Position numbers and translations under genes: made by a program. Positions 1 through 8,558 of a DNA stretch of 45,631 nucleotides are shown one piece after another. This DNA is from Puniceicoccales bacterium. GTDB lineage: Bacteria > Verrucomicrobiota > Verrucomicrobiia > Opitutales > JAIRKQ01. The number at the start of each line of letters is the position of its first letter. Within the stretch, counting starts at the first letter, position 1. Location of the stretch: NCBI GenBank assembly GCA_031283685.1, contig JAITBI010000003.1, positions 1-45,631 of the forward strand. Reading direction: 5' to 3'. Under the pieces are notes generated by a model. It did no database searches and had not been told where the DNA came from. It worked only from the letters and a program-made list of their open reading frames with translations.

Positions 1-525
1 ATCCAATGCAGCACTTGCAATACTTAAACCTGTATTGGCGCTTCGCACTCGTTCCAATAGTTTTCCTTGTTCCTGCAGATGACAATTTCTTCTATGCAAA
101 GTGATAGCAGTAGCCGCCCCAACTAATACCCCAACAAGAGCCCCCACAACAATACAGCATGTCAAAGGCGCTGCAAATATACTTGCTGTCACAGCAACTA
201 TGCCACCAATGGCGACGGTGGCCATGAGAGCAAACATAGAAATTTTCTTTGTCGGCATGTGAGCGCTTCCTAGCTCGGCAATTTCCTGGCTTATTTTGCC
301 AATTTCATTTTGCAATTTTGTTTGTGTCTCTTTATTGGCATCCATTTGGTCCCGATAGTCAACGCGGGTAGCATCACGCCCTCCCAGTACTTCCCCAGAT
401 ACAGCACTGGTGTGGCGTGGAAAATTTTCGCGCCTTTGTTGCACACTGGGAGATCTGGCGTTTTGCCCTGACCCAGCTCCAGGTACTATACCTTGTTCAT
501 CCCGTGATCTTAATTCCTCTGTCAT
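1..525 (-). CDS. Hypothetical membrane protein with a long bilobed hydrophobic segment (Inc-like), runs off the left edge
   Basis: Hand-translated from ATG at 525 with no stop before position 1: MTEELRSRDEQGIVPGAGSGQNARSPS...ETQTKLQNEIGKISQEIAELG...ISMFALMATVAIGGIVAVTASIFAAPLTCCIVVGALVGVLVGAATAITLHRRN. Purine-rich AGGGGAAAAAGAC precedes the ATG. Not in the ORF track because the stop is outside the window. Confidence 0.75.
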   Translation of the reverse strand, partial: MTEELRSRDEQGIVPGAGSGQNARSPSVQQRRENFPRHTSAVSGEVLGGRDATRVDYRDQMDANKETQTKLQNEIGKISQEIAELGSAHMPTKKISMFALMATVAIGGIVAVTASIFAAPLTCCIVVGALVGVLVGAATAITLHRRNCHLQEQGKLLERVRSANTGLSIASAALD

Positions 526-643
526 GTCTTTTTCCCCTACTAGATAGTAGGGTATGAATTGTAAAATGTTTGTCAACAATTTCCCTATTTTGTCTAATTA
601 CAAAATTGACTAATTTGTATCACGGGCCAATTTGGGAGTTTCG

Positions 644-1606
644 ATGAAACGATTAATTTCACCCTACAACGATATTAAAATTTTCTCAGGGACATCAAAT
701 CCAACACTGGCAGAGTCAATTTGCTCTTTCTTGGGAACCAAAATTTCTCGGGTAAAAATTGAAAATTTCCCGGACGGTGAAATTGGTGTGCAGATAGAAG
801 AAAGTGTCCGTGGTGGTGACGTTTTTATCGTACAGTCGACCAATTTCCCAGCCAATGATAATTACATGGAATTGCTTATCCTAATTGATGCTGCCAAGCG
901 TGCCTCCGCCGGAAGAATTACGGCCGTACTTCCATTTTTTGGATATGCGCGGCAGGATCGGAAAGATAAATCGCGTGTTCCTGTAACGGCCAAATTAGTC
1001 GCTAATCTCCTGGTGGCGGCTGGGGCCGATAGGATCCTGTCCATGGATATGCATTCCCAACAATTGGTCGGTTTTTTTGATATTCCCGTCGACCACCTGT
1101 TCGCTTCTGCTTTGTTCATAAAATATCTGCGCAATGAGAATGCCAAAAACTTGACCATTTGTTCCCCTGACTTCGGAAATGCCAAAATGGCGGTGGCCTA
1201 TGCCGATGCCCTTGGGTGTCCATTAGCACTGGTTGGCAAACGTAGGTGTGGAGGAAATGATGTGAAGTCTTTGAACGTGATTGGAGAAATCAACGGCCGA
1301 GATATTTTATTTGTCGACGACATGGTGGTAACGGCAAAAACATTGGTCGAAGCAGCCAAGTTACTCAAAAAAAACGGAGCAAACAGCATTAAAGCTGCCG
1401 TGACGCATTGCATATTGACGAAATCTGGCTATGACCTGCTGACAAACAGCGTAATTGATCAGCTTTTAACTACTAATTCCACGCGAATTGCATATGAAAA
1501 TGAACGCTTTACGATTTTAAACATCAATGGGATATTTGGAGAAGCGATTACGCGTATCCATAATAACGCCAGCATAACAGATCTGTTCGAAATAAAAGGA
1601 ATTTAA
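644..1606 (+). CDS. prs: Ribose-phosphate pyrophosphokinase
   Basis: FPDGEI, VRGGDVFIVQS, YARQDRK, DMHSQQ and KRR motifs. Start moved to ATG 644, which follows GGGAG (ORF track starts at 632). Confidence 0.93.
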   Translation: MKRLISPYNDIKIFSGTSNPTLAESICSFLGTKISRVKIENFPDGEIGVQIEESVRGGDVFIVQSTNFPANDNYMELLILIDAAKRASAGRITAVLPFFGYARQDRKDKSRVPVTAKLVANLLVAAGADRILSMDMHSQQLVGFFDIPVDHLFASALFIKYLRNENAKNLTICSPDFGNAKMAVAYADALGCPLALVGKRRCGGNDVKSLNVIGEINGRDILFVDDMVVTAKTLVEAAKLLKKNGANSIKAAVTHCILTKSGYDLLTNSVIDQLLTTNSTRIAYENERFTILNINGIFGEAITRIHNNASITDLFEIKGI

Positions 1607-1758
1607 TGGATGTTTAAATTTAAATTCACCCGTGGCCAAATGTTATGCACACTGCTGCGGCAACAGCTTTCTCGACAAACCTTCTGCAAAATAAATAGAC
1701 CAACTGAAACGAAAGCAACAAGGAGCAACACGTAGCCTTTGTGCCATTAACCTTCAAT

Positions 1759-2490
1759 CTATCTATCCCTCAACTTTGCTAGCAGTCTCAAAAGTTCTAG
1801 ATATAACCAAATTAGAGTTACCATCAGCCCAAACGCTGCATACCAGGACATGTATGCTGGCATTCCACGATCGGAAACCTTCACTATAAAGTCGAAATCT
1901 ATCGCCAAGTATAAAGACGCAATGGCAACAACAAAAACACTGAATAGAATACCAAAGAGGCCCGAAGAATGTATCAGTGGAACTGCGATGCCGAAAAACG
2001 ATAGAATCCAACTGACCATATAGAATGCCGTAATGCCAAACATTGCGGATCCCACAATCATTCGAAACCTATCGGAAACCTGTATTATACCCGCCCTATA
2101 CAAAGTAAGCATACCAAATGCCACGCCAAATGTCAGAGCGACCGCCTGAAAAGCAATCCCATGATATGCGAAATCGAATAATCTCGAAATGGACCCGAGA
2201 ACCAGACCTTCAAATATCGCATAGAGTGGTGCAGTTACCCCTGCCCATTCTTTCTTGATACAAGTTACAAGGCCGGTTACAAAACCTAGAATAAGGAACA
2301 GCGTCAGCTTGCTACCTACCGCTGAAACAGTTGTTCCTGGGCTAACCCATGAAAATAGAGCAGCCCCAAAAACAAGGCCCAGCAAAATCAAACAACGATT
2401 GATTGTCATGCTCAAAGTCGCAGTAGATTCCGACTCTGCATATGAGAAACTTCTCGAAGATAAAATTGGGTTTGAAGAATCGTAATTCAT
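1759..2490 (-). CDS. Bax inhibitor-1/YccA family membrane protein
   Basis: N-terminal SSNP motif, about 7 hydrophobic segments, C-terminal AAFGLMVTLIWLYLELLRLL. Likely start MNYDSSNP at 2490. Confidence 0.88.
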   Translation of the reverse strand: MNYDSSNPILSSRSFSYAESESTATLSMTINRCLILLGLVFGAALFSWVSPGTTVSAVGSKLTLFLILGFVTGLVTCIKKEWAGVTAPLYAIFEGLVLGSISRLFDFAYHGIAFQAVALTFGVAFGMLTLYRAGIIQVSDRFRMIVGSAMFGITAFYMVSWILSFFGIAVPLIHSSGLFGILFSVFVVAIASLYLAIDFDFIVKVSDRGMPAYMSWYAAFGLMVTLIWLYLELLRLLAKLRDR

Positions 2491-2501
2491 AATTGTAGCA
2501 T

Positions 2502-2530
2502 ACTGTAGTGTATAAATTTTGTAAAAGCAA
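2502..2530 (-). promoter_or_regulatory. Putative sigma70 promoter for the YccA-like gene
   Basis: Minus strand TTGCTT-17 nt-TACAGT, ending 11 nt before the ATG at 2490. Confidence 0.4.
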
Positions 2531-2618
2531 GAAAAATCATTTACCTTTTTAGTGGTTAGTGTCCCTGAGATGGTGTGAGCCGGTAAATTTTTGTGCCACA
2601 TTTACTTTTTTATTAGTG

Positions 2619-3164
2619 TTAAATGACGATGAATTCCGGGACCATTGCAAAGTTTGAAAATGAAGCTGATGTTACTGGCGGGGATTGGTAATTTAAATAT
2701 GCGCTAAGTGTTTTGTTCAAAAACGTGAATTCCCTCGCAATGTTATTCATGCCCGGGATTGGCCATAGACATAGATTTATTAGATTAAAACTGTCAGCCT
2801 CTTCAAAAATTAGTTTCAACCCTATCTTAGACTTATCATCTATATCAAAATATACCCCATCCAATTTCAATGCTACAATATATGAAGTTTGAGTTTGGGA
2901 GTCGAAGTTTGTCATTTCAAAGGTCGCCGGTGAAATCAGGCGATTTTTCGGAGCGACCGATGACGTGGCAGAAAAATTTCGATATGTTTGTATACCATTT
3001 ATGGCATAGACATAGGAAACCGTCAACGACGATAATGTCCAATATGTTTTACAGACGTCGTGAGGTGTTATTGGATATAGGGTAGCCTGGGAAGTATCGC
3101 TGCTATGCGGTAAAGTATGTGGAACCCCGGCAAAACTTACACGGGTTAAAAATTCGTCATTCAT
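2619..3164 (-). CDS. Hypothetical protein, last gene of the phage-like cassette (possible distal tail component)
   Basis: 181-aa ORF starting 14 nt after the 579-aa gene. Function inferred from position only. Confidence 0.6.
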   Translation of the reverse strand: MNDEFLTRVSFAGVPHTLPHSSDTSQATLYPITPHDVCKTYWTLSSLTVSYVYAINGIQTYRNFSATSSVAPKNRLISPATFEMTNFDSQTQTSYIVALKLDGVYFDIDDKSKIGLKLIFEEADSFNLINLCLWPIPGMNNIAREFTFLNKTLSAYLNYQSPPVTSASFSNFAMVPEFIVI

Positions 3165-3178
3165 GGCTTTTCGAAGTT

Positions 3179-4918
3179 TTAGGAAGAATAGGGCTCACTC
3201 GCAAGGGAATATCGCTTTTTTAAGACTCCAGATTCGCAAACATCTTCTTCGCGCAGCTTGACGGTTACCGCCGAAACTGCAATGTCTGCCGTGTCTATTT
3301 GAATAGACCTACCTGAGTTATTTGGGTCCGCAAATTTTATCATTTTATATTTTCCGGGACCGAAGGATGTGTTGTCTACGCGTGCATAGATTCCCTGTTC
3401 GACGGTCCCATCGCTCGACACTTCCGCCGTTATACGTTCACTGTGATTTTTACTTTCAAACAGTAAGCGTCCGGAACGTGTCAATTCTGCCAGATCTGCA
3501 GCTCCCAGGTGTTTAGCCGGTCCAAATTTTATAAAAATTTTCCCAGAATCCAAATCTTCTACGACTTCTTGGACCACGGCATTCATTGTTTCCCAGGAAG
3601 GCTGTCCTCCGATAATATTTAACATTTTTCCAAAAAAATCCTGCGATATTTCCTCCGAAACAGTTACCACGGTACCATCGTATTGTAAGGGATTAACGGA
3701 GTTGTAAATTTGTTCCGCTAGATTTAAAGGTATCGACTCCGCAGTCGTTAGTGACAATAAATCTTTATAGGTTCCCGTTGTAGCATCGGTTGTTAGTATC
3801 CGTACAGCAACTTCGCGGTCGATGACAGCTTCACTAGCGTCTGCATATGAAATCTTACAACGGACGATATCGGTTTCTGCGGTTTTGTTCATCCAGTTGG
3901 CTACCGTTCCAGTAATCAATTCATTCGGCAGTGTACTGGATCGGCTAACATTTCCTATGGAAATATTCGATGCCGGAATATTTGTAAGACCTGGAACGTG
4001 TGCTTGCCACCAGGAGACAGAAGATGTTTCGATGGCAGCGGTTGTTATATTCTGGACGACGTAGTTTGCCTTTGATCCTTCCAAATTTATCGTCAACACG
4101 AGAGCTTTTAATTCGGAACCCGTACAAGTTTCAGGGTACTTTTGTTGGATTGATTCCTTCCAAATCTTTCCATTTATGCTATTTGTCGTCTCAAATTTTA
4201 AAACAACGGCCGGAATTTGTAAATCGTAGCGCGGTTGGATTGAAAATTCTTGCACATGCGACGAAAGATTGAGCGTGATCGATGGCATCTGAAGGCGTCT
4301 CAAAAATGATATGGTAGGAACGCTTGGACCATAATCTATGTAACAAATTGTATCGGGTACCCATCGCAGCAGTCGACGGATTATGTCGGCACATGACAGA
4401 TCTTTACATTCATCCAATGGAATATGAACCGGAATATCGATATCTCCCATTGCTAAATTCACACCGCAAGAAATAGCGTAGTTAATTACGTCCGTAATTT
4501 GTTGCCCTATGCTTAGCTGCACACCTGATATGTCCAGCCCAAGGATTACCCTACTTTTATAAACATTATATAGCGTCGGTGAGTCTTCCATGGGATCGAT
4601 TGGTTCCTTCCATGCTTGTTGGTATATAAGATTTTCCAGGTACCACCAAAATCCAGATACTTCATATTGGTACGCTTCACCATTAGACGAACAATGGAGT
4701 GGTGTTTGAGTAACAATACCACCGAACCACCCATTGCCATCGTTAAAAATTTTTATGGATGTATTTGCAGAAAATGTTGGCAAAGATGATAAAGCGTTCC
4801 CTTGCACATACAATATTACTTTGTCGGTTAGTAAATTTTTTCTAACCCGTTTGATACTGCTTACCCCAAATGATGCGATGGGTTTCGTAGTACCATCATA
4901 TTCTAATGTCCAAACCAT
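3179..4918 (-). CDS. Putative tail hub/baseplate-like structural protein
   Basis: 579 aa, Thr/Ser/Ile-rich. N-terminal WFGGIV...YQYEVSGFWWYLE resembles the start of phage hub proteins. GGAG RBS; distal position in the cassette. Confidence 0.6.
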   Translation of the reverse strand: MVWTLEYDGTTKPIASFGVSSIKRVRKNLLTDKVILYVQGNALSSLPTFSANTSIKIFNDGNGWFGGIVTQTPLHCSSNGEAYQYEVSGFWWYLENLIYQQAWKEPIDPMEDSPTLYNVYKSRVILGLDISGVQLSIGQQITDVINYAISCGVNLAMGDIDIPVHIPLDECKDLSCADIIRRLLRWVPDTICYIDYGPSVPTISFLRRLQMPSITLNLSSHVQEFSIQPRYDLQIPAVVLKFETTNSINGKIWKESIQQKYPETCTGSELKALVLTINLEGSKANYVVQNITTAAIETSSVSWWQAHVPGLTNIPASNISIGNVSRSSTLPNELITGTVANWMNKTAETDIVRCKISYADASEAVIDREVAVRILTTDATTGTYKDLLSLTTAESIPLNLAEQIYNSVNPLQYDGTVVTVSEEISQDFFGKMLNIIGGQPSWETMNAVVQEVVEDLDSGKIFIKFGPAKHLGAADLAELTRSGRLLFESKNHSERITAEVSSDGTVEQGIYARVDNTSFGPGKYKMIKFADPNNSGRSIQIDTADIAVSAVTVKLREEDVCESGVLKKRYSLASEPYSS

Positions 4919-4926
4919 AGTTTCTC

Positions 4927-5157
4927 CTACCGCAAATTATTGATTCTGGAAATGAGATCATCGATGCTGGTATCAATTTCATCGAATTTTTGATCGATGT
5001 AGGCTTTGAGATGCTCCAATCGAATTTCAAAAATATTCAATTTATCTCGCATAAGTTTAAAATTTGCCTTGCTAAAATCTTCCATGATAATACTTTCAAA
5101 ACTTCTTTTGTTCTGGAAATGGCTCCGGGACCGTCCCAGAGCCATATGTTCCCACAT
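4927..5157 (-). CDS. Small coiled-coil protein (possible vestigial tape measure)
   Basis: 76 aa with heptad-like C-terminal half (KLNIFEIRLEHLKAYIDQKFDEIDTSIDDLISRINNLR), directly upstream of the hub-like gene. Start uncertain. Confidence 0.5.
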   Translation of the reverse strand: MWEHMALGRSRSHFQNKRSFESIIMEDFSKANFKLMRDKLNIFEIRLEHLKAYIDQKFDEIDTSIDDLISRINNLR

Positions 5158-5254
5158 ATTAGATGAAATCTATATTTGGTAACCTTTGGGAAGTGATATT
5201 GGTTCCGTGAGCCATATTTAGTGTAATAAATTTAACTTGGCTATCACACCAACC

Positions 5255-5668
5255 TCACCCAACAAATGGATTGTTGGAAACAATTTGTTCACGAATTGAT
5301 TTGCGTTCTAAGTATAGCGCTGAAATTTCTTCCTCAATAGCTTGCAGTTCATTTTCCGTTGAATAATCTTCTTGTGCAATCAGATCCTGTAATACGGAAA
5401 TGTTATTGGTTATGGGATCAGACATTTCTTTATACAGCTCCCTACGCCTATTTCTAGTAGCTTCATTTGCTATTTCTGTAGGCATCGATGGTGCTTCGGA
5501 CTGTTTGTAGTATATGCCGTCATGGACAGTGTTGTAATATGGAACGATTGATTCTTCCGTTTCTTCGATATGATCAAGCGTTATACCCTTGATCGATGCG
5601 TTGATTGCTAAATCTTTCTGTGATGCACTAAAAGCGACGATATTACCGTCTTTTTTCCCTATATACAT
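5255..5668 (-). CDS. Putative tail fibre assembly/chaperone protein
   Basis: Start MYIGKKDG at 5668, 1 nt after the fibre stop, with GGAG upstream. Helical C-terminus (RRRELYKEMSDP...RKSIREQIVSNNPF) fits fibre-associated chaperones. Confidence 0.55.
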   Translation of the reverse strand: MYIGKKDGNIVAFSASQKDLAINASIKGITLDHIEETEESIVPYYNTVHDGIYYKQSEAPSMPTEIANEATRNRRRELYKEMSDPITNNISVLQDLIAQEDYSTENELQAIEEEISALYLERKSIREQIVSNNPFVG

Positions 5669-5669
5669 T

Positions 5670-7151
5670 TTAAATAGCTCCTTTTGAATAGATGAATCGA
5701 AAAATATTAACCGTAAGATTACTGTTAAACATCTTGAAAAGATACCCATTTGCTACTGGAAATAGTAAAAAAAGGTCCTTGTTCGCAGAATAGGTGGTCG
5801 CTCCGCCGCCATATACTCCCGAACTTGCTCCCGTATTAATTATTACTCTTCCAATTATATACGCATTGGTATTAGAGGTGGTACATTCGACATATATCCA
5901 ACCATCTGCTGGCGCAGTGTAGGTGTCTCCCGATGCACCGTAGGTGATGTCGACACACTGGTTACTTGGCACCCAAGAGTCGGAACTACCACTTCCGCTA
6001 CTATTACCACTAACTGCACTTGCTATCCCTGTTGATGGGTTAACGGTGATGGTTGTTCCGTCCGGCTTAATACCACCAAGCATATCCGCTGTTGCTACAG
6101 GCAGGGCATAGGATTGGTCATCGGCGGAAAGAACTCCATCCGTGATGGTAAGATTGTTTCCGACCTTAACTCCACCAAGAGTATTCGTCGAAGCGGTAGG
6201 CAGGGTATAGGAGGAGCTTTCATTTGCCCACCCAAGTCCATCGATCATAGACTTTAAAATCTGGCCATCGGAACCCTTTCCCAATCTCACCGCCACACCA
6301 GATTCACCTCCGACGATAAGATCCCCTTCGGTTGTCATAGGATTCATCATCCCTTCTACATTCGCAGCTATTGAGGATGAAATTGTTACCTCTGAATCAC
6401 TTACCGCTATGGTAACGTTATTCCCAGCTTTTAACGTTTTAAATTTTAGGTCTGCATCGATTTTCTCCTTAAAAATAGCTGTACCAGTTCCCAGATTACT
6501 TGCCGAAGTAGCTTCTCCTTGTCCAGAAGTTGCGTGTTGATCTACGTAAGTTTTGACAGCCCCCTGGGAAGGAACCATGTAGTCGGATGTTCCGAGGTTG
6601 GTGTTTGTGTCAATGGCTGCTAATTGCATGAATCGATTGTCGCATTCGTTGGACGTGTAATAAATTTTGATTGGATCTGGTGGCGCAGAAAAGTTGCCTC
6701 CTCCTACTTCGAGTATGCGGACTATTCCGGCACACAATGTTATAATTTTTGGAGTTATGTTGCTTGTTATTGCCCAAATCGACAACCAATGATCGCCCGC
6801 AACCACATTGCTTTCGTCCGAAGAAAATGTGATCGCTGCGTGTTGTTTTGTACCATTCTTCCATGTTTCCGATGTCAAAGTATCATCGAAGGACGTACAG
6901 GTTTTCTGCATGAGAGCAGGTGTACTCGCAGATGGGACCTTTCCGTCATCCGTCAATTTACGAATCGCAAGGGAAATGCTTGCATAATTCGATACGCTCC
7001 AAACGTTTTCACCGTTGAAAATACCAATCTCAAACCTAATATCGTTTCCTCGCCAAAATTGCGGAATCTCTCCTCGGAGAACGTCGATTGGATTGTTAAA
7101 ACTTGACGTGTCAGCCTTTATTCTGACGATTATTTCATTCAAATTGTCCAT
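5670..7151 (-). CDS. Tail fibre / receptor-binding protein
   Basis: Gly/Ser/Thr-rich, with fibre-type motifs VPSQGAVKTYVD, NLGTGTAIFK..LKFKTLKAGNNVTI, MTTEGDLIVG..RLGKGSDGQIL, two YxLPxAxxxxLGG(V/I)K repeats and a C-terminal YTAPADGW domain. Confidence 0.75.
   Translation of the reverse strand: MDNLNEIIVRIKADTSSFNNPIDVLRGEIPQFWRGNDIRFEIGIFNGENVWSVSNYASISLAIRKLTDDGKVPSASTPALMQKTCTSFDDTLTSETWKNGTKQHAAITFSSDESNVVAGDHWLSIWAITSNITPKIITLCAGIVRILEVGGGNFSAPPDPIKIYYTSNECDNRFMQLAAIDTNTNLGTSDYMVPSQGAVKTYVDQHATSGQGEATSASNLGTGTAIFKEKIDADLKFKTLKAGNNVTIAVSDSEVTISSSIAANVEGMMNPMTTEGDLIVGGESGVAVRLGKGSDGQILKSMIDGLGWANESSSYTLPTASTNTLGGVKVGNNLTITDGVLSADDQSYALPVATADMLGGIKPDGTTITVNPSTGIASAVSGNSSGSGSSDSWVPSNQCVDITYGASGDTYTAPADGWIYVECTTSNTNAYIIGRVIINTGASSGVYGGGATTYSANKDLFLLFPVANGYLFKMFNSNLTVNIFRFIYSKGAI
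6012..6209 (-). repeat. Two imperfect 33-aa (99-bp) repeats in the fibre gene
   Basis: YTLPTASTNTLGGVKVGNNLTI starts at 6209 and YALPVATADMLGGIKPDGTTITV starts at 6110. Confidence 0.75.
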
Positions 7152-7154
7152 ATT

Positions 7155-7547
7155 TTAATCTTTTGTAAAAATTCCACCTATAATTTTATAGACATGGGAT
7201 GAAACCACCCCTTCACTGAGAGACTGTACTTCACTAATAACAGCATCATTTAATGAATAGGTATCCTGGGATGGTTCTTCGGTGATCACCAAAGACGACG
7301 GTAGGTTTGTCAGTGATGCAGCATGTTGAATGGCATAGGCCTGTGCTTCTTCCACCGAAGGATGTCGTTTGGACACCTTAAATTCCAATGTCGTTTGCTG
7401 ATTGCCCCGGTCAAATCCCCTTACGGCGATGGCTCTCATGGCAGGTGCAATTTGTACCTGTCGAGAATTGTTGATTTTTAGGTCGTAGGGTTGTTCATTG
7501 GCAACGTTTCCCCCGGCTAAAATAATGGTTCCTATTGTAATTTTCAT
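7155..7547 (-). CDS. Hypothetical phage tail/neck protein
   Basis: 130 aa, 3 nt from both neighbours. Function from position only. Confidence 0.6.
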   Translation of the reverse strand: MKITIGTIILAGGNVANEQPYDLKINNSRQVQIAPAMRAIAVRGFDRGNQQTTLEFKVSKRHPSVEEAQAYAIQHAASLTNLPSSLVITEEPSQDTYSLNDAVISEVQSLSEGVVSSHVYKIIGGIFTKD

Positions 7548-7550
7548 CGT

Positions 7551-8015
7551 CTAGATAAATTTTAAATGGCATGGTATGCCAAAACACATGGAAAAGTAGT
7601 TAATGTTATCCTCCCGTGTGACTTTGAAATTTTGTGGTTCCGAAGATAATTCCAGCTGATAGTTTTCGTCTAAAATATCGGGGTGCCACATGTGCAGATG
7701 CTGCATGATGATTTCGGCCAACGATAGTAGACTCTTGCCCAATTCATTCATTGCGGTGTTTTCTATGATTTTTATCTCGATGGTTACGTCATGGAAAACA
7801 GGCCCCGCAACATGGGTACGTGCATAGCTTGGAATGGGAGGCATGAGCAAAATCGCTACGCCGATTCCCGTTTTAACATTTGCCTCAATGACAGAATGTA
7901 GGTCGCTCTGCTTATACGTCAAAATTGGAACATTTCGCAATTCATTCAAACTGAGCAATCGCTTTTCGATCGAATCTTGTAATTTTTCCAAAATTCCTTC
8001 CGTTTTCATGATCAA
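7551..8015 (-). CDS. Putative tail completion/terminator protein (Mu gp37-like position)
   Basis: 154 aa, ATGA overlap with the gp36-like gene; size and position fit. Confidence 0.55.
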   Translation of the reverse strand: MIMKTEGILEKLQDSIEKRLLSLNELRNVPILTYKQSDLHSVIEANVKTGIGVAILLMPPIPSYARTHVAGPVFHDVTIEIKIIENTAMNELGKSLLSLAEIIMQHLHMWHPDILDENYQLELSSEPQNFKVTREDNINYFSMCFGIPCHLKFI

Positions 8016-8485
8016 AAACCTCCCAAAAATTTTTCGGATGCATGGTGTAGCCTACGGTGTACAACCTGACATCCGATATTTGAACTAAAATCACCGATTG
8101 TGATGGCATCGTCTGGAACGGATACGGGAACTTCCCCCTGGGCAATGCGCTTTAGGTAATCCTTCGCATCGGTTGCCAGACGGATTTGGTCAGCCGTCAT
8201 TTTTAAACCAGGCAAGCGGGTCTGTGCGCTTTCCAAAATCAGGCAGCAGGCAAAACTTTTTAAATCGTGAGGAATTTTTGTTCTATCTGCACTTAGCAAA
8301 TTGTGTCTATTCCCGCTGATTTCAGCACGAATGCGGGCCGTAATGTCCCCAATAATTTCGTCGATTGGGTTTGTTTGATCATTCGCCATTTCCAGAGTTT
8401 TCAAAGCGTTCAGCTGCGTTGAGCATAAATAGTCATTGAGATCGGAAATTTGTATAGTTATCCACGTTGCCATAGAATTTTTCAT
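8012..8485 (-). CDS. Head-tail adaptor, Mu gp36/DUF1320-like
   Basis: WITIQISDL start, IPHDLKSFACCL, and AKDYLKRIAQGEVPV matching the gp36-like A..(W/Y)L..IA.G pattern. Follows the capsid gene. Alternative start at 8473. Confidence 0.72.
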   Translation of the reverse strand: MKNSMATWITIQISDLNDYLCSTQLNALKTLEMANDQTNPIDEIIGDITARIRAEISGNRHNLLSADRTKIPHDLKSFACCLILESAQTRLPGLKMTADQIRLATDAKDYLKRIAQGEVPVSVPDDAITIGDFSSNIGCQVVHRRLHHASEKFLGGF

Positions 8486-8500
8486 TGAAGGATTAGGGGG

Positions 8501-8533
8501 TATCCGGGAAGATTTCCAAAATCTTCCCGGATA
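8501..8533. repeat. Perfect 15-bp inverted repeat (stem-loop) between capsid and adaptor genes
   Basis: TATCCGGGAAGATTT-CCA-AAATCTTCCCGGATA. No U-tract follows on the coding (minus) strand. Confidence 0.9.
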
Positions 8534-8558
8534 TGGGTGTAGGTCTATTATGTTGCTG

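Noticed and set aside
1607-1758. Short Cys-containing minus-strand frames between prs and the yccA-like gene
   Set aside because: Under 50 codons, with no convincing RBS or recognisable family.
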